This document shows positions 27,667 to 38,607 of a DNA stretch of 64,000 nucleotides, in pieces (within the stretch, counting starts at the first letter, position 1; the number at the start of each line of letters is the position of its first letter). The DNA comes from a plasmid, in sequence record CP089609.1. One strand, given 5' to 3'. Below the pieces are notes generated by a model that saw only the letters and a list, made by a program, of their open reading frames with translations, did not search any database and was not told the origin of the DNA. The translations under genes and the position numbers were made by a program.

Positions 27667-28660
27667 TCAGGCGGTGGGAATAGTGCGGAGCGCGTTCATA
27701 ATTGCCGCGTTCTCCCGCGCAAAGTTGAACACAGTCGGCGGTGCCAACCATCGGCCATCATCTGGCACGTCAAGTGCGGCTGACGCGGGGCGCATCACGA
27801 GAACATGGTGAGACCCAGCCGCTCGCCCCAGCCCCACCCGGTAGCCGACATTGCCGATCAACTGACGCATATCCTCTTCGCAACGGTCACTGTCGCGAGG
27901 GTTCAACCAGGACAGGACGTGTATGCCCAGACTCGCGCGCGCCTCGGCCGAACCTATCCGCTCCAGGGGAAACATGGAGCTCGCGACGCCGCGGCCGACC
28001 GGTGCATCGATGATCGCCACCAAATCTGGCAACACCGGCGCGTCCGGGGCAGGTCGGCTTGCCTGTACGCGCCGATGCTGTCCACGCAATATGCGGCCAG
28101 AATGTCTTGGCGCCGTTGATACTCGCACCGGAGCACCTCACCGAGCTCATCGACAATCGGCGATACTCCCGCTCCAAACGGATCGTCGGCGCTCGGGGTG
28201 CGCATCCAATGCTGCAGAACGTGAGGCAGTCCCGTCGGCAGGTCCGCAAAAGTGCCCTGTCCAAACGCGTCTAGATCCGCCAGCAGTAGATTGACCCGCT
28301 TCGGGAGTACTGCAAGCAGAGCGCCGCCGCGGCGGCGGCGAGGAGAGTGCTTTTGCCGAGACCCCCACAACCTCCAGCAACGAGGCCGAAGATCAAGCCA
28401 GGTACCCCGACGGTGACCACGGCCCCGTCTTCGTCGTAGCCCACCGGGATCTGCAACTCTGAGTCGTGCTCATGGGTCCGCCAGACACCGGCGGGGTCGA
28501 AACCTCTGGTAGTGATACCGAGAGCTTCAGCGAAGCTGGGCACGATGGACGTCCGAGTGACAGCTCGGGCTGCATCGCGATATTCGCCGCCATACTTGGC
28601 TTGGTGGGCACGCGCGGCTTCTTTGCGGGCATTGTTTCGCTGGCGGGGATGATTGGTCAC
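27667..28660 (-). CDS. ParA/MinD-superfamily P-loop ATPase, reading frame split over three frames (two apparent 1-nt indels)
   Basis: P-loop GGCGGLGKST (frame 1), LLADLDAFGQ (frame 2), DLVAIIDAPVGRG (frame 3); GTG 28660 preceded by GGAGG. Confidence 0.5.
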
Positions 28661-29094
28661 GAGAGGCCTCCATTGCTTACCTTCGGGCGCACCCCACACA
28701 TGCAGTCCCAGATGACAACGGGGCGTTGTACCGCGTCGCCCGAAGGGCGGGGCCCCAACACAACAATGCCTGGTCGGGATTGCCGGTGCGGGCGGCACAG
28801 ACCGGACGAAGCTGGGGGTACGCCGCGCGGTGCGACGATGCGCTCCAGCCTATCGACGCGGCCACCGATTTCAACCCATGTCTGATCGCGCGCCTGACCG
28901 TTCGCTGGGTGACGCGGATCGTGAGGAACCAAGTTCCATGTGGTCTACACCGCGATCACTGCGACCTATATCGTCGAGCTCTACCAGGTCGAGCACGCCG
29001 AAGGCGGCCACACACCATCAGGGCGCCGGCCGGGTGGCAGATCGGACGGAAGCTCAGACCTGTTGGCTGGCTGTGGGATGCTCACCACTCGCAC

Positions 29095-29116
29095 TATACA
29101 CCGCCTCAGGTGTATA
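29095..29116. promoter_or_regulatory. palindromic operator copy 5 (TATACACCgcctcaGGTGTATA)
   Basis: 8-bp arms; ~100 bp upstream of deaminase-fusion gene. Confidence 0.55.
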
Positions 29117-29213
29117 CAGCGGATTGGTTGGACACCTCCGTTCTCGCGCACATTTTCCAGGTCATGCGCCCATCCTGCGAACTTGATCACCTCCGGACAG
29201 TTACGCTGCGCGG

Positions 29214-30628
29214 GTGGTTACCAAGGGCCCGGAACTGGTCATCGGTCTCGTCGCACCGCTGGGCACGAGCACCACCGAACTCGCCACCGAAGTCAAAGGC
29301 GCACTGGCGGCGTACGGCTACAAGCCGGTCATCATCAAGATGTCTGACCTGATACCCGGATCCGGCCCGCTCGGTGAAGCAGAAGATGACCGGATCCGCC
29401 GGCTTATCGCTGCCGGCAATGCCTTCTGCAAAGCAAACGACGATGACCCGGCCGCCCTGGCCCGGCTCGCTATCAACAGAATCCGCGCCAGCCGCATCGA
29501 CCTGCTACGCCAAACCGGCGATACCCGTCCCACCGAGGACCTGGTCATCGGTGGCCGGCCACGCACCGCCTACATCATCCAGTCACTCAAGCGGCTCGAC
29601 GAAGTCCAGCTTCTGCGCGAGGTCTACGGCAGCCAGTTCATCCTCCTGGGCAGCCAGGGCACCCTCGAACAGCGCACCGCCAGCCTGATGCGGTTGAGCC
29701 TGTCCTCGCTGCCCGAATCCAGCCGCCGTGATCTGGTCAAACTCCTGATTCAGGTCGACGCCAAAGACGACGACCCGCTCGGACAGAACGTCAACGCCAC
29801 CTACCCGCAAGCCGACTTCTTCATCCGCAACAACGCCCGCAGTGAGATCGACAGGGCGATCGGGCTGCTGTTCGGAGCTTCCATCGCACCCGAGATCGGT
29901 GAATTCGCGATGTATGTGGCCCGGGCCAGCCGCGCCCGTTCCCTGGCCGCCAGCCGCAAGGTCGGCGCAGCGATCGTCGTCGGCGACGCAGTCGTTGCCA
30001 CCGGCTACAACGACGTCCCCACGGCCAGGAGGCCGACATTCTCGAAGGCGTCGACACCAGTGAACAGTTCAAACGCGACAACCTCTCAGACACTCTCCGA
30101 CGTCTCAAGTCCGCCGGCATGCTCAACGACGCCGTGACCATCGACGAGGCCGCCGTCTCCGCGGCCGCGGCCGCTCTCAAAGGTGGAGACCTGCTGAGCG
30201 TGATCGAATACCAGCGCGCCGTCCACGCCGAGGCCAGAGCCATCGACGACGCCACCATCCGCGGCGTCTCCACCGTCGACGGCATCCTCTACGTCACCAC
30301 CTTCCCGTGCCATCTCTGCTACAAGCACGCCCTGTCGGCACGGATCAAACGCGTCGAATACATCGACCCCTATCCCAAGAGCCGAGCCGTCCAGATGTAC
30401 CCCGTGGATGTCGAAGAACGACTCATCCCGTTCACCGGCGTCGCACCACGCCGCTACTTGGAGATTTTCGACGACCGCCCCGCACCCCAATCGGACGAAT
30501 CAGGGAGATTCCCCACACACGACCCGAGCGTCGCACAGCCACTTGTCGGACCCGTGAGCGAAGATGACAGCCGAGCCGACAAAGAACGCCGCGCGATCCA
30601 CCGGTTGAAGGAGCAGTACCGAACATGA
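29214..30628 (+). CDS. kinase-like N-terminal domain fused to cytidine/deoxycytidylate deaminase domain (dCTP-deaminase-type antiphage protein candidate); apparent -1 frameshift in CCCC run at 30017-30020
   Basis: deaminase zinc motifs HAEARAI and PCHLC; N-terminal deaminase segment KVGAAIVVGDAVVATGYND lies in upstream frame; adding one C restores continuous ORF. Confidence 0.6.
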
Positions 30629-30798
30629 CGCCACTACCAGGCCTGACCCCTCAGGACCGCGACTACCTGGCCAGATCAGCTGCCGACTTCAGCGACATCG
30701 ACGCCCGGACCCTCGCAAGAATCGACGCGGGTTTCGAGCGCGCGCACCAAACCGCACGAGGGATCGCCAACGGATTCCTCGACCCACTGACGCACTGA
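30625..30798 (+). CDS. small hypothetical protein (57 aa)
   Basis: ATGA overlap with deaminase gene stop. Confidence 0.35.
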   Translation: MTPLPGLTPQDRDYLARSAADFSDIDARTLARIDAGFERAHQTARGIANGFLDPLTH

Positions 30799-30820
30799 CG
30801 AGTCACGGGGCGCTCACTGC

Positions 30821-31258
30821 ATGTCGAACGTGATCGACCGAAGAAAGAGCTTGCTGGCCCGATTCACAATGGACGACGGATGGCACGCACCGGAGATCAT
30901 CCTCGACGAAGACGCTTGCACAACGGCGGGACGCGCGCAGTATCGATCGAAATGCTCATGTGGCGTCGTGTCGCCCGCCACCGACAGCGCCATGGACGCC
31001 CTTGTGGCTCATACCGCGCACGTTGACACCCGCCTCGGACCTTCACACCTCGGCGCACGGATCGCACTGCTGATGTCGGTAATGCTGATGATCTGCGTCG
31101 GCTGCTACATGATCGGTGAGCTCCTCACCCACTCCTACAGCCTCGCCGGCACAACGGCCGCGATCGTGCGCGCCGGATCGTGCATCGTCGGCTTCGCAAT
31201 GGCCTTCAGCCTGATGCTGGCCGTCCGCCGGTTCATCGGGCCCACTCGCCACGCGTAG
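30821..31258 (+). CDS. membrane-anchored hypothetical protein
   Basis: C-terminal TM helices. Confidence 0.45.
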   Translation: MSNVIDRRKSLLARFTMDDGWHAPEIILDEDACTTAGRAQYRSKCSCGVVSPATDSAMDALVAHTAHVDTRLGPSHLGARIALLMSVMLMICVGCYMIGELLTHSYSLAGTTAAIVRAGSCIVGFAMAFSLMLAVRRFIGPTRHA

Positions 31259-31291
31259 TCGATAAACGTAACGGAAAGGGCACCACGGGAA

Positions 31292-31645
31292 ATGACAGAC
31301 ATCAGCAACAGCGTTCAAGCTCCGCGCGGATGGGCAGTCCTGGACCATCACTACAACGACCGCGACTTACCCGAACCGTTCAGATCACTGGGATTCGACT
31401 CCAACAACCTCGGCGCTTCCGTGTGGCTGAACCTGGGAACCGGCGCGATGGTCGGCGCCATCCCGACCGGCCTCTGGAAACAACGCGCTAAATACGCCTT
31501 CTACCACGTCGCACCGAACGCTGGCCAAGCAATCCCGATGCCAGCATGGACCTACGAGCAGCCACAGTGGGATGGGTCCAACGTCAACGAATGTGTTCGG
31601 TTGCACGACGCCGCTATCGAGTACTTCAATAAGCTCAATGATTGA
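31292..31645 (+). CDS. hypothetical protein
   Basis: 117-aa ORF. Confidence 0.5.
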   Translation: MTDISNSVQAPRGWAVLDHHYNDRDLPEPFRSLGFDSNNLGASVWLNLGTGAMVGAIPTGLWKQRAKYAFYHVAPNAGQAIPMPAWTYEQPQWDGSNVNECVRLHDAAIEYFNKLND

Positions 31646-31974
31646 CAACAGCAGTGATGGCTCGTCGCGAACCGGGATAATCGCCGATGGCTATCGCTAC
31701 GGCACTGATTGAGCAGTAGTCTCACGACGGTTCTCGACACACATCGATTCCCGATTACGCTGCCGCTCGCCTCGACGGCGTATACGACCTACCCGCGGTC
31801 GCCGAGCACGCAGTGGACCAGCTGGAAGCCAAGTCTCCGTTCGCATTCGAGCTGGGCCTTCTAGTCGAAGCATTCTTCGGAAACGACGAAGAAGTTGCGG
31901 TCGGGGTATCTGAAATGTTCCCCGACGAGAGACGCACCGCATCAAGTGGTCGAGTGGTTCCAACCCTACACCGT

Positions 31975-31996
31975 ATACACCTGCTGCGGTGTATAG
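31975..31996. promoter_or_regulatory. palindromic operator copy 6 (TATACACCtgctgcGGTGTATA)
   Basis: 54 bp upstream of 32050 gene. Confidence 0.55.
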
Positions 31997-32049
31997 TTTG
32001 GTGTGGTCCACCACGGATGGCCAGTGAAAGTAAGCAGGGGGCGAATGCG

Positions 32050-32739
32050 ATGACTGGGAAATGCCCAGCGTGCGGGAACAACGTCGTGGTGCGGGTCCGG
32101 CGTGGCGACCGCATCAGCAACCACCTGTGCCCCGAATGTCGGGTTCCACTGCAAGGGGTAACCGCCGGCAGTAGCCGCGGCCGCTATCAGTGCCCCATCA
32201 CTGGCGACGTGGTCGTGCTGGGCCTCATGTCCGCGGTGCAGCTCGACAAGCCGTACCGGCTGGTGTTCTCGCCGGGAACCGACTGGAATGGCCAGTTCCG
32301 TGACAGCCCAGACGACAGTGAGCAGCGAGCTCTGAACAGAGTAGCTGGGCGCATTCTGGGGCCTGGCTGTGTCATCAGTTCCCGCTACCGTCCAGAAGCG
32401 TCGGCCGGCGATTCGGGGGAGATCCGTGAGGCCGGCCGCGCGCGACTTCAGTTGATCAGCGTTGCACACGCTCCCGGCGGTGACCGTGACTGGATCATCA
32501 ATTCGCCGCTGACGTTCCGAAAATGTCTCGGCTGCGGTGCGCCCGTTGCCGACACTGCCGAGAATCGGCTGGCTAATCAGTGGGTACCGCGGCAAGAATC
32601 GGTGTGGCGAGGCCGAGGCCGGGCCCGGCGCCTCAAGCCAACGAATCCGGGTCCCCACCCGGCTGGTACACCCGCGTGCACCGATTGCCGGCCGCTGGCG
32701 CCCGGCGAGAAGGGCCCTGCCAAGCCATTTTTCCTCTGA
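32050..32739 (+). CDS. zinc-ribbon hypothetical protein (CPACG...CPEC; CLGCG)
   Basis: internal ATG of ORF 31813..32739 located after operator. Confidence 0.45.
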   Translation: MTGKCPACGNNVVVRVRRGDRISNHLCPECRVPLQGVTAGSSRGRYQCPITGDVVVLGLMSAVQLDKPYRLVFSPGTDWNGQFRDSPDDSEQRALNRVAGRILGPGCVISSRYRPEASAGDSGEIREAGRARLQLISVAHAPGGDRDWIINSPLTFRKCLGCGAPVADTAENRLANQWVPRQESVWRGRGRARRLKPTNPGPHPAGTPACTDCRPLAPGEKGPAKPFFL

Positions 32740-32747
32740 TTTAGGCA

Positions 32748-33134
32748 ATGGGCACAAGGAGATCGGTGACCAGCATGGCGCGATGGTATGGAGCACCTAC
32801 GAGTGTGGCGCGACCTGTGGGCGAGTATGTGTGGGTCGATTACATCGATGCGGCCGACGTTTCGGATGACAAGCTGCTCATCGTTGACGGACTGTCGGGG
32901 GCACGTGTTGCCGTCGACCATGGATCGTGGAATGGGTTGGTGGAGGCGATCGAGTACTTCGGTGCTGGTCACTGTGACCGCCCGGACTGCTATGGCGTTG
33001 ATCCGAGCCAAGTCGAGTCCCTCGCTGCGCTCATCCGTGAGGTCGACGGCGACCACTCGATGGGCGCGGCACAGTTGGCCGAGGCGTTGATGGCGCGCGG
33101 CGTGTCGGGCCCAACGCGGGCGGTCCAGACGTAG
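32748..33134 (+). CDS. hypothetical protein
   Basis: 128-aa ORF. Confidence 0.4.
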   Translation: MGTRRSVTSMARWYGAPTSVARPVGEYVWVDYIDAADVSDDKLLIVDGLSGARVAVDHGSWNGLVEAIEYFGAGHCDRPDCYGVDPSQVESLAALIREVDGDHSMGAAQLAEALMARGVSGPTRAVQT

Positions 33135-33169
33135 GTCGAATTGTCGGCGTTGGAGAGGAGGATCGGCAG

Positions 33170-33463
33170 ATGGCGATTTTATCGGGCAACGAGCTGGTGA
33201 CGCTCGCGATGAGGGAACCCGCTCGCGATCTGGGCGAGTTCGCTGGTCGACTTGTCGACTACATCGCCGATGAGTCGATGCTGCACGCAGTCCAGACCTC
33301 TGCAGACGATTCGTCGGTCGCCGTGGCCCCGATGTTCGCTCGGACATTCGACATCCTGTTCCGTAGCGCGCTGGAAGGCCTCGACCGGTGCAACCCAACA
33401 GGGGCGATGTACCTCCGGGCCGGAATCACCACGTTTCTCGATAGTCAGGCGGTGGAGAATTGA
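33170..33463 (+). CDS. hypothetical protein
   Basis: 97-aa ORF. Confidence 0.45.
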   Translation: MAILSGNELVTLAMREPARDLGEFAGRLVDYIADESMLHAVQTSADDSSVAVAPMFARTFDILFRSALEGLDRCNPTGAMYLRAGITTFLDSQAVEN

Positions 33464-33825
33464 CCTTGCATGAGGTGACCGCCGCCGATGCCGCCCTGGC
33501 GACGCTTCGCGCCGAGATCGAGCGTCTGGCAGCAGTCGCTGCCGCCGCCACCCTTCGCGCAAAGCCACTGCGGGTGGAGGTTGACGGGCGCCATCCCGAT
33601 GAATACAGCACCGAGTTCTGGTACGAGGACGCCACTTTCAGGGTGATTACCTGTGACGGATCTGTCGGAATCTCCGGTGGACCAGGGCGAGGCCTGGACT
33701 GGCGGCCCGACTTCACCCTCATCGAGGGCGCACAGATCCGAGGCATCGTGTCCGCACTGCTGTCAGCTCACGAATGGGCCATCAGCCACCCTGCCCGTCC
33801 CCTGGAGGCAGGTGACTCTCAATGA
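33460..33825 (+). CDS. hypothetical protein
   Basis: ATGA overlap with previous gene. Confidence 0.45.
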   Translation: MTLHEVTAADAALATLRAEIERLAAVAAAATLRAKPLRVEVDGRHPDEYSTEFWYEDATFRVITCDGSVGISGGPGRGLDWRPDFTLIEGAQIRGIVSALLSAHEWAISHPARPLEAGDSQ

Positions 33826-34268
33826 GATGCGGTCGAGCGAACGGACAAGGCGCTGTTGTGATTGAGGCGATCGTCTACCTCATCCCGGCTGCCGCGACAA
33901 TCGAGCTTTACATACCGTCCATCCGATCGTGTTCGCCAATCCACCTACACTCCACTGAGATTCCAACGCTGCGAGTCTTGGCAGCCGATGCCGTCGAGAT
34001 GGTCGATCGCCACTATGCAGCGCGCAAACAGTCCAGACCGCCCGGACAGGTGCAAGTGACGTTCCGGGTCCCCCGCGAAGACGAGCTGCTCGACCCCGGC
34101 CCGCGGCACCCGAGCGGCCGCGTGGGATACGCAGTGCCCGGTTTCGGGCATATCGACGCGGGCTACATCCGCAGCGCACGACCGCGGCCGCCAGGAGCTG
34201 CGCCAGTTCTGTGCCCGAGCAATTGGTTCACAACCCAGCCGAAGACCCGAAACTCAGGAGACTTGTAA
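33822..34268 (+). CDS. hypothetical protein
   Basis: ATGA overlap. Confidence 0.35.
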   Translation: MRCGRANGQGAVVIEAIVYLIPAAATIELYIPSIRSCSPIHLHSTEIPTLRVLAADAVEMVDRHYAARKQSRPPGQVQVTFRVPREDELLDPGPRHPSGRVGYAVPGFGHIDAGYIRSARPRPPGAAPVLCPSNWFTTQPKTRNSGDL

Positions 34269-34720
34269 TGCCGCGATGGTGGAACCGCTACGAGGTTGTC
34301 CGACTGGTCCCCGACCAGAATCGCCGCGGCGTCACGCGCAGCAGCCGAAGTGCCGCCTACCCGTTCCGTTGGATGGCCGAGCGAAAGGCTTGGCGTACCG
34401 CAGCGCAACTGGAAGGCGTCGGAGGCGAAGTCAGATTCATAGTCCGCGAAATCCTGCCCGAGAAGCCACCCGCGTACTGGCCCGCGCTGCAAGTCAATCA
34501 GGCATCACGCTGGTATCAGATGCCTCCGGGGGCACATGTCACAGCGGGCAGCGTTGTGGTGCACACCAGTATCGGATTTACCCGCTGGCACGCTCTCGGC
34601 CGGGCCTGCCGATGGGCAAAGCCGCGCTCAGCCGAATTCGTGCGCGTTGCACGCTGGAGCGACGAACGCAGCTACGTGCCGGCCGACAATGCAGACACGG
34701 CCAGCACCCGCTCGCAGTAG
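34268..34720 (+). CDS. hypothetical protein
   Basis: internal ATG of ORF 34211..34720. Confidence 0.4.
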   Translation: MPRWWNRYEVVRLVPDQNRRGVTRSSRSAAYPFRWMAERKAWRTAAQLEGVGGEVRFIVREILPEKPPAYWPALQVNQASRWYQMPPGAHVTAGSVVVHTSIGFTRWHALGRACRWAKPRSAEFVRVARWSDERSYVPADNADTASTRSQ

Positions 34721-34774
34721 TCCCGCCAATGTCCCACGCATCAGAACGAGCGCGGCACCGTCAAACCTCCACCT

Positions 34775-34795
34775 ATACACCTACTTAGGTGTATC
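34775..34795. promoter_or_regulatory. palindromic operator copy 7 (TATACACCTActTAGGTGTAT)
   Basis: 55 bp upstream of 34850 gene. Confidence 0.55.
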
Positions 34796-34849
34796 CTTCA
34801 GGCCAGTGCGAGACGAGAAGCGGCTGAACCGAAGGAGGAGTTTGCACCG

Positions 34850-35206
34850 ATGAGCAACCAGCCATCGTCGCCCTGGCTCCCCTTCGAGTCTGGATCAACG
34901 CTGGGTCAACGCGGCTCGGATGACGGGGTGATCATCGCCGACGAGGAATACTCCGATCGCGCGCGGATCACCCTGGAACGCGACTGCCAGGCCTACGGCC
35001 AGGCCACGATCCCGTTCAGCATCACGTGCGGAATCTATGGGCTGATGATGCACACCCGCTTTTTCAGTGACGAGCCGCGGGCACGCGAGCAGTTCGATGA
35101 GATGAAGACCGCGATCGCCACACTCGTCGACCAACAGCCCGATTCCGAAGACGACCTACCAGATGGGCTTGACGTGTACGACGAGTTCGTCCGGCAGTAC
35201 CCATAA
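34850..35206 (+). CDS. acidic hypothetical protein
   Basis: 118-aa ORF. Confidence 0.5.
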   Translation: MSNQPSSPWLPFESGSTLGQRGSDDGVIIADEEYSDRARITLERDCQAYGQATIPFSITCGIYGLMMHTRFFSDEPRAREQFDEMKTAIATLVDQQPDSEDDLPDGLDVYDEFVRQYP

Positions 35207-35268
35207 CTCCTCGCTGGTTGTCACACCCCGAGAGGAAGCTAGTGCAGAACACGGGCAGGAGGCTCCAG

Positions 35269-35487
35269 ATGACTGACTTCTCTACGGTGAGGATGTGGGG
35301 CCCCCTGGCCTACCTCACCCCACCTGTGCTGCTCATCCACATGCCGCTGGCCACGATTGTTCTTCTCGTGGCCGCATACGTGCTCCGCAGCCGCAACCAG
35401 CGTCACAACCTGCCGGCGCAACAGAGGTTGGCGCTTCTGCTGCTCGGTGGGTGCACCGCCGCCTTCATCGTCGTGGCCGGTATGTAG
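35269..35487 (+). CDS. small membrane protein
   Basis: AGGAGG RBS then ATG 35269. Confidence 0.5.
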   Translation: MTDFSTVRMWGPLAYLTPPVLLIHMPLATIVLLVAAYVLRSRNQRHNLPAQQRLALLLLGGCTAAFIVVAGM

Positions 35488-35802
35488 ATGTTCCCTGGCC
35501 CCATGCGGCCATTCCGCCTCACCACGCCGGGCCAGGAAACCGTGCCTGATGTCGCATCCACTGCGGATTGGATTGTCCACCTCATCGCCCCACTCGGCCT
35601 CATGCTCGCTGCACTCGGCTTCTATGCGATCACCGCCTACGGCCTCGGTCGCGAGCTCGCCACCAGTCACTACCACACATTGCTGGCGGCGCGCCGACTC
35701 ACCATCGGGCTGATCGGACTCCCGCGTCTACCTGAACCGCCGCCGACCACGAAAGATCAGCCGGATACGTCGCGGACCACCCGTGATGCTCGTCCGGACT
35801 AG
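35488..35802 (+). CDS. membrane protein
   Basis: 104-aa ORF directly abutting previous gene. Confidence 0.45.
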   Translation: MFPGPMRPFRLTTPGQETVPDVASTADWIVHLIAPLGLMLAALGFYAITAYGLGRELATSHYHTLLAARRLTIGLIGLPRLPEPPPTTKDQPDTSRTTRDARPD

Positions 35803-35824
35803 GTAACGAGGCAGGAAGGGACCA

Positions 35825-36193
35825 ATGGCTATGGCAGCAACCAAGCACGAAGAAGCGGTTGATCGAGTACTTCAAATACTGTTCCCTGTACTGGGAATCG
35901 CCGAGGCGTCCGACGAGGCGGCATATCTTCGCCAGCTCCTCCTCGATCACCCCGAGATCGACACTGTGCCGAAGCTTCAGACGTACCTGGCTGACACCGG
36001 CCCCAATCACAGACCGGCCGAGGCCGGGACCGTCGCACGCGCCCTCACAGCCGATGCGCACGCTCGCTCAGACATCGGCATCCCTGTACACGAGAGCCTA
36101 TTTCGCGAACTGAATGATCAGCGGGCACTCACGCCTGAGGAATCGGCTGCACGGCTGAAGTACTCGTTTCACCCATTGCGACCACCAACATAG
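35825..36193 (+). CDS. hypothetical protein
   Basis: 122-aa ORF. Confidence 0.5.
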   Translation: MAMAATKHEEAVDRVLQILFPVLGIAEASDEAAYLRQLLLDHPEIDTVPKLQTYLADTGPNHRPAEAGTVARALTADAHARSDIGIPVHESLFRELNDQRALTPEESAARLKYSFHPLRPPT

Positions 36194-36219
36194 CCCCAGG
36201 CAAGGAGCATTCGCACACC

Positions 36220-36552
36220 ATGGCAGCACCCACAACGATCGAGAAGACCGACGAGCGGTTCGTCATCGACGGGCACCCGGACTTTCCTGCCCGCATGGTC
36301 ACCTTCGACGAACTGCACGACACGCTCTCAGGCGACATCCAGGCCAGACACTACGGGTACGCCGACACCGACGATATGGCCGTCTACCGGTACGTGCCGG
36401 GCCGTCCGCCGCAGCTCGAACCACTCACTCTGACCTGTGTACAGCGATCGGAATTCGACGAAGACGACTGGGCTTACCCGGTATGGGAACTGACCGGTCC
36501 AGATGGCACTGCCTGGGCCAGAATGCGCATTCGAATCGACGGCCGGGTCTGA
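36220..36552 (+). CDS. hypothetical protein
   Basis: 110-aa ORF. Confidence 0.5.
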   Translation: MAAPTTIEKTDERFVIDGHPDFPARMVTFDELHDTLSGDIQARHYGYADTDDMAVYRYVPGRPPQLEPLTLTCVQRSEFDEDDWAYPVWELTGPDGTAWARMRIRIDGRV

Positions 36553-36984
36553 GCGGACACTCAGACCCACCACAGCCCGCAGCCATCCCGGCGAACAGCT
36601 CAGCGCGTCGCGATGTCGAGCAGATCACCGCGCCAGGCGTGGTCCGCGACAATCCGGCGGTGGCCCGGAGATCACCTGCCTTCAACGATTCACCCATCTG
36701 AAATGGGCATCGTGGGATTAGATAGTGGGAGAACAGATTTCAAGCAGCTCCGCGCCCAAGGTGACCCGTCAACGACTTGCCTACCCCACCAAGCGAATCG
36801 CTGGTAGCGTACTTCGTAGCGGCAAATGCACTTGCCCGCCTCCCAGTGTGAGGGGTACCCGCGTACGCCCCTCAGCTGTAGGGATGAGGTTCTCAGCGAA
36901 TCGTGCAGCATTTAATCGGCCATTTCTTCTGCACGCCGGTTGAGGGACGCGGGGCCTCAGCCGAACCGTGAGGAGATGTTCGCC

Positions 36985-38607
36985 ATGACCGCTAATCGAA
37001 ATCGCAAGCAGCGGATCCGCAGCCGCCAGAAGCACGATGGCGTCGCCTACAACGTCGCGCGCCGCCGTGTCGGCGATCCGACGTTGCCGGCACGGCAAAC
37101 CGGTGTTCGGCACCGTCAGGCGTGCGAGGCACTCGGAGTGCAACCCGCAGAGCTGCCGGCGGCTCTCGCACAATTCACAGGTCTGCGACTCCCCGAGGAT
37201 CCACGTGGCCAAACCCTGATCAACCGCACCCTGGACATCGTGGAGGACGCCCACGTGCCGATCGGGGCGTTCGAGGGAAACTACTACCTCTCCCTCACCG
37301 CGTTCGTCACCGATGGTGGCGCCTTCGACCGTGAACCCGATCGTGAAGCGACACACTGCGAACCGCACCTCTACCAACGTCAACTGGACACAGCGGGCGC
37401 AGCGCTGATCACGGAGATCCGCAAGATGCCTACAGCTGAATTACACGACGCTGCACAACAGCTCGGACTACGCACTGATACCGCCAAGTCAAGCATCCCG
37501 CGGGCGTTGCTCGCTCAACGCGGCGGCGGCAATACGGGCGCCGCTTTCGACAAGGACCTATGGCTTGCGCAGCAAGCAGCGGTCCTCGACAAACTCCGCA
37601 CTACTCCGGACAGTTCATGGGAGCCGGTCCACCACGATGCACTGCAGCGCGCTGTGGTGGCCCATCTTGCCCAGTTCGGTGATGCACTCTTGCGGACAAG
37701 TGAGTACACGACACCGCTGCCGGAGCTGACCTGGCAACGCACCGAGGGCGGATCGTTTCAATCGACCTACCAGCATCGCGAGCTGCCGCGACCGCTGACA
37801 GTCAGGATCACCGCTGAACCGCACCAACTCGGCCACACCAGCGAGGAACTACTCGCACGGCCAACTAGTACGCCCGCAGTCCAGATCGAATACCTCAGCC
37901 ACGTAGGCATTCTGGATGATGATGGCCACTTCGACAGCTTCATAGAGTCGGACACGCACTCCGAACTCGCCGCAACATTCGCCGCGCGCGAACTCGTCGC
38001 GGAACTGATGAAAGATCCACGCTCGGTGCGCTCACACGGCGCGGGTGAGCGACTTCTTGTGCCCCTTAGTGCAGAAGATATCGCAGAGAACGGTGCATCC
38101 CGCACGTGCGAGCTGTGGTCCTACGACCTCTACTCACTCCTCGTGGATGTCCGCGACCTACACGGCGAAGACCCCAGCAAGTCCCAACTCTGGACACGCG
38201 CCGACCTTCTCCCGCATCTGCTGGAAATCCGGGACCTGGGACTGCCGGCCTCAATCAACGAAAGCCCTGCCTTCACAGACCCAGCCGACTCCGGTGCACT
38301 CGATCGTTTCTTCGCCGAATACGGATATATCAACTCCCGGATGGTCCGCCCATATCTCATCGGACTCACTCAGAGCCCGGGTGCAGTGCCGCTGAATGAA
38401 CGACACAACGCCGGGATGCAATCCGTCCTCGCCAGTTTCCCCGCCGACCAAATCGTCGCCGAACTCTTCGGCGAGACGATCGACGACGGCGACCAACTCG
38501 CATCCATGATCGAGGCGGTACACCGACTGACCAACATCGACGACGTGCACCAGGCACTGAGACAGTTCAGCACGTCATCGATCAAGACTTCGCCGCCCGG
38601 GACGTAG
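36985..38607 (+). CDS. large hypothetical protein (~540 aa)
   Basis: GAGGAG RBS 11 nt upstream of ATG 36985; no recognisable motif. Confidence 0.5.
   Translation: MTANRNRKQRIRSRQKHDGVAYNVARRRVGDPTLPARQTGVRHRQACEALGVQPAELPAALAQFTGLRLPEDPRGQTLINRTLDIVEDAHVPIGAFEGNYYLSLTAFVTDGGAFDREPDREATHCEPHLYQRQLDTAGAALITEIRKMPTAELHDAAQQLGLRTDTAKSSIPRALLAQRGGGNTGAAFDKDLWLAQQAAVLDKLRTTPDSSWEPVHHDALQRAVVAHLAQFGDALLRTSEYTTPLPELTWQRTEGGSFQSTYQHRELPRPLTVRITAEPHQLGHTSEELLARPTSTPAVQIEYLSHVGILDDDGHFDSFIESDTHSELAATFAARELVAELMKDPRSVRSHGAGERLLVPLSAEDIAENGASRTCELWSYDLYSLLVDVRDLHGEDPSKSQLWTRADLLPHLLEIRDLGLPASINESPAFTDPADSGALDRFFAEYGYINSRMVRPYLIGLTQSPGAVPLNERHNAGMQSVLASFPADQIVAELFGETIDDGDQLASMIEAVHRLTNIDDVHQALRQFSTSSIKTSPPGT

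Noticed and set aside
36853-36872. Hairpin GGGGTACccgcGTACGCCCC in the 36.55-36.98 kb intergenic region
   Set aside because: The stem is imperfect with no following T-tract on either strand, so there is not enough evidence for a terminator or ncRNA.
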